From the IMG/VR virus record IMGVR_UViG_3300020469_000001, positions 1 to 64,000 of that record: DNA of 64,000 nucleotides; one strand, 5' to 3'. Below, piece after piece: positions 28,201 through 36,594 of the stretch (its first letter is position 1; each line of letters begins with the position of its first letter). Source of the stretch: a virus. The position numbers were made by a program, and so were the translations under genes. The notes under the pieces are model-generated. The model saw nothing but the letters and a program-made list of their open reading frames with translations, had not been told where the DNA came from and searched no databases.

Positions 28201-29401
28201 CTCTACTCTGATCTGCAACCATTCTAGCATTTTGTGCTCTTAGAATTTTTACTGTTTTTAAATGTTCTGCACGACTATTATTTTCGAACTTAATCATTAT
28301 AGATTCTTTAGCACTAACAGCTTTAGAATAAGCTGCAATATCTGCTTTTGTTCCTGTGCCAGATGATAGTCTTTTGATTCTCTTTTTAGACATCATCTTA
28401 GATACTCTCAAATCTCCTGACCCTGCTACAGCTGTTGCTTGTTTTACTGCTTCAGTTCCAAGATTGGGTAAAGCCTGACTTATTAGTCCTCCAGTGATTG
28501 AAGCCGCAAATACACCAATAGCAGCTGTTGCTGATTCAATATTTTCTGTTAAGAATTTACCAAAAAATTCTGCAATTGGGCCTATAAATTCTCTTGCTTT
28601 ATTTAGAACCTCGTCAAAGGCGACCATTAGTTTGTTCAATTGGTTAACTGAATCGTCTCCTATTCTATCTGCAATAGCACCATAACGGCTTTCTGCCTGT
28701 CTGAGTACTTCATTTGCAACTGCTTGTGATTTTTGGAAAGTGGTTAATTGATTTTTGTTAAGCCCCAGAGATGCGGCATAACGAGTTGTAGCTTCTTCTA
28801 ATCTAAGTATGATACCTAATTCGTCCAAGAGTTCTGGTTCCGCTTTAGTCACACCACGAATAAGCCTGTTAAAAGAGTCTGTTGTATCTCTACCCAAAGC
28901 AACAGAAACCGTTCTAGCTGCTTGTCCTAGTTCTTTTAACATACTTGGGGAGAGTCCTGCGGACAAACCTATCGCGGTAGCTTGTGAAGCTTCCTTGAAG
29001 GTAATTTGAGCGGAAGTTGCTGCTTGAATATCTCTAGATAGAGTTCTCATTGCTCTACCTGTTGAAGCTGCAAACAACTCTTGACCTTGTTGTAATACTC
29101 TAAAGTCAGCGGCTTCTCTTAAGAATCTAAATAAAGCATCAAGTGCAAATAACTGAGCGGCTAAAGTAGCGTATGCAGGAACAAGCCCTCCAGTGATGCC
29201 TTGTGACATTTTACTGAAGTTTTTGGTTGCATTAGATGACATATTAGAAGCACCTTTCATGCCTCTATCTGCCGACCTTGCATTTTTGTCTAAGGTATTA
29301 AATGAACTACCTGCTTTTTTAGCGTCTTTATCAACCTTATTAAGGCCACTAGCAGTGACCTTAAAATCAACTGAACCGCCTTTTGTTTTCTTTCCTGCCA
29401 T
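25262..29401 (-). CDS. Tape measure protein (T5 pb2-like N-terminus)
   Basis: 1379 aa, helical; GLVPAYATLAA, GVTKAEPELLDELGI; C-terminal LHGTEAVIPL. Confidence 0.9.
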   Translation of the reverse strand: MAGKKTKGGSVDFKVTASGLNKVDKDAKKAGSSFNTLDKNARSADRGMKGASNMSSNATKNFSKMSQGITGGLVPAYATLAAQLFALDALFRFLREAADFRVLQQGQELFAASTGRAMRTLSRDIQAATSAQITFKEASQATAIGLSAGLSPSMLKELGQAARTVSVALGRDTTDSFNRLIRGVTKAEPELLDELGIILRLEEATTRYAASLGLNKNQLTTFQKSQAVANEVLRQAESRYGAIADRIGDDSVNQLNKLMVAFDEVLNKAREFIGPIAEFFGKFLTENIESATAAIGVFAASITGGLISQALPNLGTEAVKQATAVAGSGDLRVSKMMSKKRIKRLSSGTGTKADIAAYSKAVSAKESIMIKFENNSRAEHLKTVKILRAQNARMVADQSRGFERMKNNFKADLYEMQAVHGQVMGSMKMAGVAFGRAMNGIMRMAGFIGIAVMIFQMGKQLVDMFRDIDEEQQKAIEKTEEHTESMKSLSEEIGKTANFFREDLFAGAEERIRAVGGAFQSADIAAQIDQTERSFYVLGRDSDAVKENIGGLQMVALQLGHFDERFIEFARLLETNPVAAFNMANELKLFSDDAIRAGQSVDSMTRAQANFTKQFNAFVQKGTKIPFQDIVMSLNEYQKEQYAFKESTQLSTEEQARANAEYQITLLRLEGFVTMFKLATARQMEFVEAQRRGLTAGTALFGAKQDIKNSLKLAGQINTILAQREDIMGKQMAIENMNESMEKDFAKQKLKFAEQQLKLEKERLAMMIAEQNKFISAFGKAAEAFGNEFGTTLGKVFRGESVSMKEFGKSMVKVLTDSLGKALADRIMRISYRGTPLDPDVQMKKYSTQVEEMLEQKGRDTAKKMQAAGNDNANNAYKALDTGGKDASVNLYKAFDEGGADASKSIYDRMIAAANYHSYKIKTAERDIMIAERNRLELTKKDIDNEIATNNVLLGSGGMEGMRKEQYDIRTAIEKAAHGVYGDYTSTANSKYGDRNYSGSIIKMINAQFDSVRDFEGYSGGFGDKRKSLNNDITAAKLDAVLGIQSGDMGRARSGLESYQNLDPRILDGLKDTKIGQFFAVVEKHLSTYEANERALKGGVKTAKEYEKINSDLTKTSLNLDNSIKDLDTRIDKTGLKDLEFSDPSNTSREFNPNTGDFNTTNESTGNEAGDAYSGGAIGGGGAATFMDQTKAMFPALMGTAEGSTPAFGQFGQSVMEFGTVITQFATLTAQGLALAGKQEEAADIMMEVAKIQMALAVAEMAMKIGQYLDFIPARYGGVFNGQSFAGGGIAEGPEAGYKATLHGTEAVIPLGNDRSVPVKMQGSGGNNNVNVTVNVDQNGNADTLLTGDGARELGKVIASVAQDTIAKEQRSGGLLSSI

Positions 29402-29800
29402 TTACTTTGTTCTCGCTTTTCTTTTATCGGCGTCGTGCTTTCTTTTAACTTCTTCGTTTATTGCACTTCCGCGTTCTCCGTCTATTGCTTTCACAAAATA
29501 GACTACAGTTTTCTTATCTTCGATTTCGTAAATATTGAGCAAATCCATGAGTCCTGCCATGCTTTTACCCATGTACATACCATTCATCCCTTCCCATACA
29601 TCTTGTAACATACTGTATATAAAAAATGCCATCTGCACTTCGTATGGATACATATCCATGGCAGGTGGCATTCTATCAGGGTCAGGTTCTTCTCCTGTTT
29701 GCTCACAAATAGCGAGGTATTTATCTATGTCAATATTTTTATCTTTATATTGTCTTTTTATGAGAGCAAGTATATATTCTACTTGCTCTTTGTAAAATTT
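29402..29800 (-). CDS. Tail assembly chaperone T part (reached by -1 frameshift)
   Basis: The -1 frame is open from the slippery site (YKEQVEYILAL...CEQTGEEPDPDRMPP) into the 89-aa ORF. Confidence 0.8.
   Translation of the reverse strand, partial: KFYKEQVEYILALIKRQYKDKNIDIDKYLAICEQTGEEPDPDRMPPAMDMYPYEVQMAFFIYSMLQDVWEGMNGMYMGKSMAGLMDLLNIYEIEDKKTVVYFVKAIDGERGSAINEEVKRKHDADKRKARTK
29763..29800 (-). promoter_or_regulatory. -1 programmed frameshift signal
   Basis: In-frame A_AAU_UUU heptamer followed closely by the stem AGAGCAAGUA/UACUUGCUCU. Confidence 0.8.
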
Positions 29801-30210
29801 TCTAGATCGCCCAACATTTCAGATACCCAGTTATCAAATTCGCTAGAATTCTTAACCATAAGTTCTGCGTTTTCTACTGAAAACTCAAGTGTATCTTCTG
29901 GGTTTACCGCACTAATATCTACTAATAGAAGCTCTTCTAAGTACTTATATTTTAAGCCTGTCCAGCCCTTGATGACTGCCTTAGAATATTCTACTAAGAA
30001 TTTGTCATTATCAAGCTGTTCTTCGTAAGCCCTTGTCCTTTTATTTAGAACCTGTTTTACACTTCTGTTTCTGAGTTTTAGCAATTCTTCTCTTGCTAAA
30101 TATGTTAGTCTGATTTCGAAACCTTCCATTCCTGGAAACTCGATACCAACTGTTTTGCTTGGAGTTAACAAACTCTTCAGTGATACTGATTTTACTTTCT
30201 TTTCTTCCAT
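29779..30210 (-). CDS. Tail assembly chaperone G
   Basis: Position between tail tube and tape measure; IKGWTGL...FDNWV. Confidence 0.85.
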   Translation of the reverse strand: MEEKKVKSVSLKSLLTPSKTVGIEFPGMEGFEIRLTYLAREELLKLRNRSVKQVLNKRTRAYEEQLDNDKFLVEYSKAVIKGWTGLKYKYLEELLLVDISAVNPEDTLEFSVENAELMVKNSSEFDNWVSEMLGDLENFTKSK

Positions 30211-30223
30211 TCTTATTCCTATA

Positions 30224-30245
30224 AAGTGGGAGGCCGAAGCCTCCC
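30224..30245 (-). terminator. Hairpin terminator/attenuator after the tail tube gene
   Basis: GGGAGGC-UUCG-GCCUCCC followed by ACUUUAU. Confidence 0.7.
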
Positions 30246-30260
30246 GTTAGTTTAATTTAA

Positions 30261-31484
30261 TTACGCACCTACGTAAGTAACTTTTACTTCGTTTGTTGCG
30301 CTAGCAGCAGTTCCTGATGATAAATCTGATGGTAAACCATGGAAGGCTACGTCAACAGATACAACATCGTCAAAACTATGCTGTGGTAATTCAAGGTGGG
30401 CTTTCCCTACTTCAACATTACATCTAGGTGTCTGGCCTGAGCCACCAATACTAAATGTTAAGTCAAAAGCGTTAGTAATAACTCCTCTTGATTCCTGTAA
30501 TCTTTCAAATAAATCTAATGATCCATTTGCTGTATCATTTAAGTAACAAGTAAAGTTACCTGATACGGATCTTGTGCCCATTACGTGTCCTAATGGGACA
30601 TTAACAGAACCTAATGTATCTGGGGTTAGGTAAGTAAGATTATTTTCAATTGTAATATTACCACCTGTTAATGTAACACCGTAAGTTACATCACTACCGT
30701 CAACATTTAATGCGCCTAATGTACCTGTTGATTCTGATACATCGAAGCTGATTGCTAAGTCTGTTAATTTTTGTCTAATATAGTTAGTAGTTGTATCAAC
30801 TCCTTCTCTAATTAAACCTTTGGTTGTTGTTCCAGTCGCTGCTGTATTAATACTTGCAACTTCTTCAACTGTTTTACCATTTCCTGACCATCCAACTTGT
30901 GCAATACCGTCAATATCAAAATCAATTGATGCTGACCCAACTGAACAATTAGCTAGTTTATAAACTGTTACGCCTTCTGTTCCTGTTGCATACACTTCTG
31001 TATTAGTATCCTTAGCTGCTCCAAGTACAAAGTACATGTTGAAGTCGCCAAGAGTTACTTGGTTAGAGTTGGCAAAGTTAAACTCAGCTTTTGCCGTGTC
31101 GCCTGCATAGTCGCCACCCATAGCCTTGTCATAAGTATTTGCAGACATAGCGGCCCATAAAGGACCCTCGACTGCATAATGTGCGCCACTATCAGCATGA
31201 TCTCCACTAGCCATTTTAGCATTACTGCCTGACTTAGTAGGTCTCATATATGTACTGAAGCTCCATTCAGCTGGTGCAAAAGAGTCAGTAAACATTGCTC
31301 TACCTCTTTTACTGTAGCCTGATGAGTTTGCGGCTTCGTTCAGTGTGACTTCCGAAGTATTTGTTCCTTGGCTAAAAGAGAAACCGTCTAATACAGGTAA
31401 TTCAAATAACGCTGTAGTTCCGGCAGTTCCATCTTCTGACCATTCCATAAATACTTTGGTATCTCTACTAAAGAAAAATGCCAT
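30261..31484 (-). CDS. Major tail tube protein (T5 pb6-like)
   Basis: SRDTKVF, VLDGFSFSQ.T...TLNEA, PAEWSFSTY.RP, ENN.TYLTP, RSVSGN.TCYL. Confidence 0.88.
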   Translation of the reverse strand: MAFFFSRDTKVFMEWSEDGTAGTTALFELPVLDGFSFSQGTNTSEVTLNEAANSSGYSKRGRAMFTDSFAPAEWSFSTYMRPTKSGSNAKMASGDHADSGAHYAVEGPLWAAMSANTYDKAMGGDYAGDTAKAEFNFANSNQVTLGDFNMYFVLGAAKDTNTEVYATGTEGVTVYKLANCSVGSASIDFDIDGIAQVGWSGNGKTVEEVASINTAATGTTTKGLIREGVDTTTNYIRQKLTDLAISFDVSESTGTLGALNVDGSDVTYGVTLTGGNITIENNLTYLTPDTLGSVNVPLGHVMGTRSVSGNFTCYLNDTANGSLDLFERLQESRGVITNAFDLTFSIGGSGQTPRCNVEVGKAHLELPQHSFDDVVSVDVAFHGLPSDLSSGTAASATNEVKVTYVGA

Positions 31485-31498
31485 ATCTTTTCTCCTAT

Positions 31499-31960
31499 TT
31501 AATATCGAATCTCGATTGTAATTTCACCTACACCGAGAGGTTCGAGTACTCCTTCATCTGTAGTAACAGTTCCAATAGTTGTTTGAACTGTTCCTTGAGA
31601 TGCTCCTGTTGAGTCGTAGTACGTTAAGGGATCTTTATCCTCTAGTACTGTTTCAACATCTTCTAACAATTCTTCGAGTGCTTCAATGACATCATCATCA
31701 TCAGAAACATAACATCGAACTGTTAATCTTAAAAATCTAAACCTAAACCCACCACCGTCATATTCACGAGTTTCGGCTCCTGCTCCTATATGTATAGTCG
31801 GGAACTCTGTAACTTCATCCCAAAATTTTAGTCTGCGTTCTACTTTAGAAACAGCTGACCTAAATGGTGGGCTTCCGTTTATTTGTTCTAGTTCCATAGC
31901 TAGAGCTTCTACAATGGCGCGTCTACGCGTGGTGTGTTTCCTTGCTAAACTGCTTTCCAT
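31499..31960 (-). CDS. Tail terminator (T5 p142-like)
   Basis: FWDEVTEFP, LEELLEDVE, TTDEGVLEP.GVGEI. Confidence 0.85.
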   Translation of the reverse strand: MESSLARKHTTRRRAIVEALAMELEQINGSPPFRSAVSKVERRLKFWDEVTEFPTIHIGAGAETREYDGGGFRFRFLRLTVRCYVSDDDDVIEALEELLEDVETVLEDKDPLTYYDSTGASQGTVQTTIGTVTTDEGVLEPLGVGEITIEIRY

Positions 31961-33627
31961 TATACTCTCCTAACTCTAAGGAATCTATCTCCTATTATAC
32001 TCTGTGCGATTTCTCTTACAGACTCCCCAATAATCTTTCTTGGGTCTCTTTGTGTGCTACCTTGTGCGTTGCCTGGTTCAAAAGTCTCATATGGGTCTCT
32101 CATATAAGTATAGTTTACATTTACACCGCCTCTTGGGCCTACCATAACATCTTCTGCTCTTGCACTACTTGCAAATCTTCCTGACCTAAAGTTTAGTGCA
32201 GGGCTTGTCATTTTTGAAGCAACAACTTTTGGTAGTGCTTCATTTAACAAGGCTTCTAATGCTAAAGGATTATCTTCAGTACGCATTCTTGCTTCCTTGC
32301 CGCCTCCGTACTTAACCTGTCTTAACGCTGCTCCCGATACTACTCTTTTCTTTGCTTTCTTCCCTTTTCCAGTAACACCTCTTGCTTTACTTTCTTCTTT
32401 GTGTTTATATTTTGCATCTGCAAAAAGTTTTTTATTTATCTTAAAGCGCATGTCGGGCATACCACTTGAAGTTTTCATACTCATTGCTACTTTTGCAAAG
32501 ACACCTCTTTCAGCCATTTCTACTAAAGAAAGTGAGCCTTTTTCAGTAGGATTATAATTTTTCGCTAATTTAGTATATAAATCTGCAAAAAATCCATCTA
32601 ACCCTGTTCCATCTAATCCATCCCCTTTATCAGCATATTTTGCTAGAGCTTTTTTATCTTGGTGTCCTAAAACAACAGTAATAATTACAGATTTTAGTGC
32701 TACAACACCTTCTCCCTGCCTATCAAATATATCAATCTTGTTAATACCTCTTAACTTATATGCAGAGTTAAAAGCAGTATTAATATCATACTGAACTTTA
32801 TTTAGTGCTAGTTCTTTCTTACTTCCAGGCCTAGCTGATATTTCACCTTTCATAAGAGGATCAAAAGCTGATTCTAAAAAGTCTACTAGTCTTGCAGTAG
32901 AATCGTTTCTTGCTCCTGCATCGCTACCTGCAAACCCTGCGTTAGAAGCTTGGGCTTTTGTAACAGCATGGTGTCTTTGATGCTGTGCCGCTCTAACAGG
33001 AATAAATCTTCTTGCCCCTTTTGTAGTATTAAAATGTTGAGAAGCATCTGTTCCCGAGTCATCTTGATACTGATTTGCATATTTCTTTGCATCCGCATGC
33101 AGTCCATTAGCAGTATGTCCCATTATCATTTTCAGAACATCTTTAATTATCGGTAAATCAGCGTCTGAAGGTGACTTATACATAGTAAAATTTTGATAAA
33201 ATCTTACTTTATAGTCTCTACCTTGAGAATGAATAGTAACTTGATTACCAGCAGATGGATCGTACCTTCTGTCTATAGGTAAATCAACTCCCGTAGCTTT
33301 ATCCTTTTTTAGAGTACTTGCTAAAACATCAAATCCTGCAGATTTGTACTTCCCTTTTAACAAGTTCACACCCATTCTTTTAGTGTAACCCTGCGCCGCT
33401 ATTCTTTCTAATCTAGGTTTTATTAGTCGCCATTCTTTAGCATTTAATCCTCTAGGTTGTTTTCTCAAATATAGTGCTACTTCTGTTACAATATAATTAA
33501 CTATCCATTCTTGAGTATAAAAGCTTTCTGTAATATATCTTTTACTCTGATTCTTTGTAGATACTTTAGACCCTGGATAATGTGCGAGAAATTTATCAAT
33601 TTCTCCAAACATTGTATCAAGAGCCAT
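31960..33627 (-). CDS. Tail completion protein (T5 p143-like C-terminus) with long N-terminal region
   Basis: C-terminal LNFRSGRFA...YTYMRDPYETFEPG...RDPRKII..S.REIA; syntenic position. Confidence 0.7.
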   Translation of the reverse strand: MALDTMFGEIDKFLAHYPGSKVSTKNQSKRYITESFYTQEWIVNYIVTEVALYLRKQPRGLNAKEWRLIKPRLERIAAQGYTKRMGVNLLKGKYKSAGFDVLASTLKKDKATGVDLPIDRRYDPSAGNQVTIHSQGRDYKVRFYQNFTMYKSPSDADLPIIKDVLKMIMGHTANGLHADAKKYANQYQDDSGTDASQHFNTTKGARRFIPVRAAQHQRHHAVTKAQASNAGFAGSDAGARNDSTARLVDFLESAFDPLMKGEISARPGSKKELALNKVQYDINTAFNSAYKLRGINKIDIFDRQGEGVVALKSVIITVVLGHQDKKALAKYADKGDGLDGTGLDGFFADLYTKLAKNYNPTEKGSLSLVEMAERGVFAKVAMSMKTSSGMPDMRFKINKKLFADAKYKHKEESKARGVTGKGKKAKKRVVSGAALRQVKYGGGKEARMRTEDNPLALEALLNEALPKVVASKMTSPALNFRSGRFASSARAEDVMVGPRGGVNVNYTYMRDPYETFEPGNAQGSTQRDPRKIIGESVREIAQSIIGDRFLRVRRV

Positions 33628-34223
33628 TAAATTACTACTCTATATAAATCCAGTACTCTTTTTATGTGGTCTGGAAAATCTGAAGAAGTTCTTATACCCG
33701 AAGTTCCTTGATTTTGTACTTGCGCGCCACCTAATGTTCTTCTTTCTTTGTGTTCGTCTCTCATATAGTAATTTACTAAGTCAAAGAGTGCTAATTGTAA
33801 ATCTTTAGGAGTAGTGGCATATCCAGCTTTGTATGTAATTCTGACTGCCCCCATACCTTTTGCCCAATTTTTGGGATTTCCACTCGTATGTGTTCTGATT
33901 ATCGCATCAGATTCAGTATCAACATAGTATTCATAGTTACCTGTCGTCAATTCTACATAAGGTTCTGAGTAAGCTGTTCTTTCTTCTACTTTTGAAACCT
34001 CTACTAGCGGACTCTCACTCGTAATTACGGTTGTTGTCGCTGTATCGTTCATTGAGAAAGTCTCAACTTTGCTTGTGCTATAAAAATCTATAAAACTTAT
34101 TCCACAATATTTCTTTACTAAGTCAGATACCTGAGGTACTATAACTGCAAGACGGTCGTCATCCTTCTCTCCTCTGAGACCCTCTGCATCTTTGTATTCT
34201 GCTACTGTAATTAAATCTGCCAT
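33627..34223 (-). CDS. Head completion/adaptor (T5 p144-like)
   Basis: VSDLVKKYC, VRITYKAGY..PKDL.LA, FPDHIKRVLDLYR. Confidence 0.85.
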   Translation of the reverse strand: MADLITVAEYKDAEGLRGEKDDDRLAVIVPQVSDLVKKYCGISFIDFYSTSKVETFSMNDTATTTVITSESPLVEVSKVEERTAYSEPYVELTTGNYEYYVDTESDAIIRTHTSGNPKNWAKGMGAVRITYKAGYATTPKDLQLALFDLVNYYMRDEHKERRTLGGAQVQNQGTSGIRTSSDFPDHIKRVLDLYRVVI

Positions 34224-34230
34224 AATAAAG

Positions 34231-34254
34231 TGGTGGGTTATAGGTAACCCACCA
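34231..34254 (-). terminator. Stem-loop after the capsid gene
   Basis: 10-bp stem TGGTGGGTTA/TAACCCACCA followed by CUUUAUU. Confidence 0.6.
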
Positions 34255-34271
34255 AAAACCGTAATTAGGTA

Positions 34272-36329
34272 TTAGCTACCTTTATAAGCAAATGCCCACT
34301 TAGAAGTTGCACCGTCAATTAAGTCAGTGAATCCTAATCTCTGAGAAGCCACTAGGACTCTTCTTTGATTAGCTACTTCGTAGTCAGATTCTATTGTAAC
34401 ACCTCTTAATCTTGGCATTACATAGTTTCTTGGGTATACAGCGATTGCGCCATATTTACCAGCTGCTTTAGTTGCGAATTCATCACACATGATTACTCTT
34501 GATCCGAATACTTGTCCGATTTCGCCTGATAGTTTTGTTGCCATGTCGCCAACTAGGTTAGCATCTTGGAACTCAGCATCTTCTAGTAAGTTGTAGTACA
34601 CGTCTTGTGAGACAATGTAAACAATTTCTGAAGGATTGATACCATATTTACCCATGTTCTTTCTCATGGCTAATAGGTCAGCTGCTGTAACTGCATCAGT
34701 TGCTGCGAATCCAGAAGCACCGTCTGAAGTTTCGTGGTTATCACCGTCAGCCATATTTAATAGCCCAGCAAACGCTCCTGATGAATAAACACCATTGTCG
34801 TGGTTACCAGCTAAAATAGCATTTTCGATACTTCTTGCGTGTGATCTTACCATTGACTCTCTAATTAAAGGAAGTATTGGCATGATTGCATCTTCTTCAG
34901 TCTCATTACCTAAGTATGATTGTGAAATCAACTTAACTGTTGAAAGTGTTCTTTCAGCTAAGTCTACACCACCGTAAGGTGAACCTAATGTGTCGCCTCT
35001 TTGGGCTAAGTTACCATGTGGTGAACTACCTGAAGCTGTTTGAGCTGAAGCAAATTCAGCATAACCAGCATCTGGCATGATTGGGATAATCATATTAGCA
35101 GAAGTCATAGCAATTTCTCTAAATAGAGGCGCTAAGACTAGCTCGTTTTGAATATCTCTTTCAATATTTGTTGAAACGATTTGCTCAAAGTCTGCTGAAG
35201 ATACTTGAACACCTGAGTGTTCGTTCACTTTTTGCATAATTGATTTTGAGTAGTCATTGTCCCATCCTTTCCCAGTAGCTAAACCAGCAAATTTTGCATC
35301 AATAATATCGTTTTCGAATTCCTTCTTCCAATTACCGTTTCCTTGTCTATCAGCAAAATGTCTTTTAGAATCACGAATACTCATGATTTCTTCAGATTTT
35401 TCTGCTAATTGTTTTTCAAGGGAATCGACAACTGTTTTCAGATCTTCATTCTTTTCATTGACTCTAGTTTCTAGGTCGTTCATTAGCTTTTCAGCTCCTG
35501 TTAAACCTGCTTCCACTATAGTCTTTGTTTCTTCCTGTTTTGCTTCTTGAGCAGCTTTTTCTTCAGCTTCTACTTGAGCTAGCTTTTCAGCCTGCTCTTG
35601 TACTTGCTTTACTTCAGCTGCCTTTGCTTCGGCTTGCTTCATTGCAATTTTAGTCGCAGTATCTTCTGCTACTTTTTTTGCAAATGCTTCAAGGTCGATT
35701 GAAGTTTCAGGAGATTTTCTTTCTTCTGACATATCAGTCTCCGTTGATGAGGATTTCTCCTCGCTTGGCTGCTCAATTTTAACAGCGTCTGCTGCTGCGG
35801 TTGAGTTAGCCTGTAAAATTTCTTTCTGGTAGCTTCTGTAATCTTCCATAGAATCAAATGATTTTGCTAATCCAAAGGTTGCCCCTTGGTTGCAAGGCAC
35901 TGAGACTACTGAAACTTCAAAAAGCTCCGCATCTTTTATTTTATATCCATCGGTTTCAGTCATATATTCTGAATCCTTGCATCTGAAACCAACAGAAAAT
36001 GCTCCAAGGACTCCATCTTTAACTAATTGAGTTACATCGCCGGCAGCTTTAGATATCTTTGCAGTTATCTCTAAGCCTTTATCGGTTACTTCTAAACCAC
36101 TGGCTCTGCCAATTGGTTTATTGTAATCATGGTTAAAAAGAATAATTGGATTACCTTTATAGTTTTCCAATCCGCCTTTCATCCACGCTTCTGATTCGAT
36201 AATATCTCCAGCTCTATCTAGTCCGTTTGTACTTGCAGACCCTTTGATATTAACTCCGCCATCATCAGTTTCACCTAATGATTTAAAAGTGCTAGTCCAT
36301 TGATATATCTTTTCGTTATTTTTTGACAT
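34272..36329 (-). CDS. Fused HK97-type prohead protease + delta domain + major capsid protein
   Basis: Protease motifs DRAGD, ILFNH...PIG, FSVGF, EVSVVSVP.N; coiled coil; T5-like MCP motifs IERDIQNELV.APLF, ETEEDAI. Confidence 0.92.
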   Translation of the reverse strand: MSKNNEKIYQWTSTFKSLGETDDGGVNIKGSASTNGLDRAGDIIESEAWMKGGLENYKGNPIILFNHDYNKPIGRASGLEVTDKGLEITAKISKAAGDVTQLVKDGVLGAFSVGFRCKDSEYMTETDGYKIKDAELFEVSVVSVPCNQGATFGLAKSFDSMEDYRSYQKEILQANSTAAADAVKIEQPSEEKSSSTETDMSEERKSPETSIDLEAFAKKVAEDTATKIAMKQAEAKAAEVKQVQEQAEKLAQVEAEEKAAQEAKQEETKTIVEAGLTGAEKLMNDLETRVNEKNEDLKTVVDSLEKQLAEKSEEIMSIRDSKRHFADRQGNGNWKKEFENDIIDAKFAGLATGKGWDNDYSKSIMQKVNEHSGVQVSSADFEQIVSTNIERDIQNELVLAPLFREIAMTSANMIIPIMPDAGYAEFASAQTASGSSPHGNLAQRGDTLGSPYGGVDLAERTLSTVKLISQSYLGNETEEDAIMPILPLIRESMVRSHARSIENAILAGNHDNGVYSSGAFAGLLNMADGDNHETSDGASGFAATDAVTAADLLAMRKNMGKYGINPSEIVYIVSQDVYYNLLEDAEFQDANLVGDMATKLSGEIGQVFGSRVIMCDEFATKAAGKYGAIAVYPRNYVMPRLRGVTIESDYEVANQRRVLVASQRLGFTDLIDGATSKWAFAYKGS

Positions 36330-36594
36330 CTTTAACTTCCTTTTTTACAGGTGCTTTCTTAGGTGCAGGTTTCTTAACTTCCTTTACCTTAGGTTTTGCA
36401 ACTGCTACTTGGACAGGATATCTTTTCTTAACAACTGACAGTACTCTATTCCAAGAACCAAATGCTCTTTTAAGCATAAAGTCTTTAACAGGTACATCGT
36501 TGCCAAAACTTTTATAGGTTACTAAATCCATAGTTTCAACGCCTTTGCTGGCTATGAAATCGGATAAAGCCTTTACCATCATGTCTTTTGTCAT
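36316..36594 (-). CDS. Small Lys-rich protein with FGSWN motif
   Basis: Coupled between portal and protease genes. Confidence 0.65.
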   Translation of the reverse strand: MTKDMMVKALSDFIASKGVETMDLVTYKSFGNDVPVKDFMLKRAFGSWNRVLSVVKKRYPVQVAVAKPKVKEVKKPAPKKAPVKKEVKDVKK

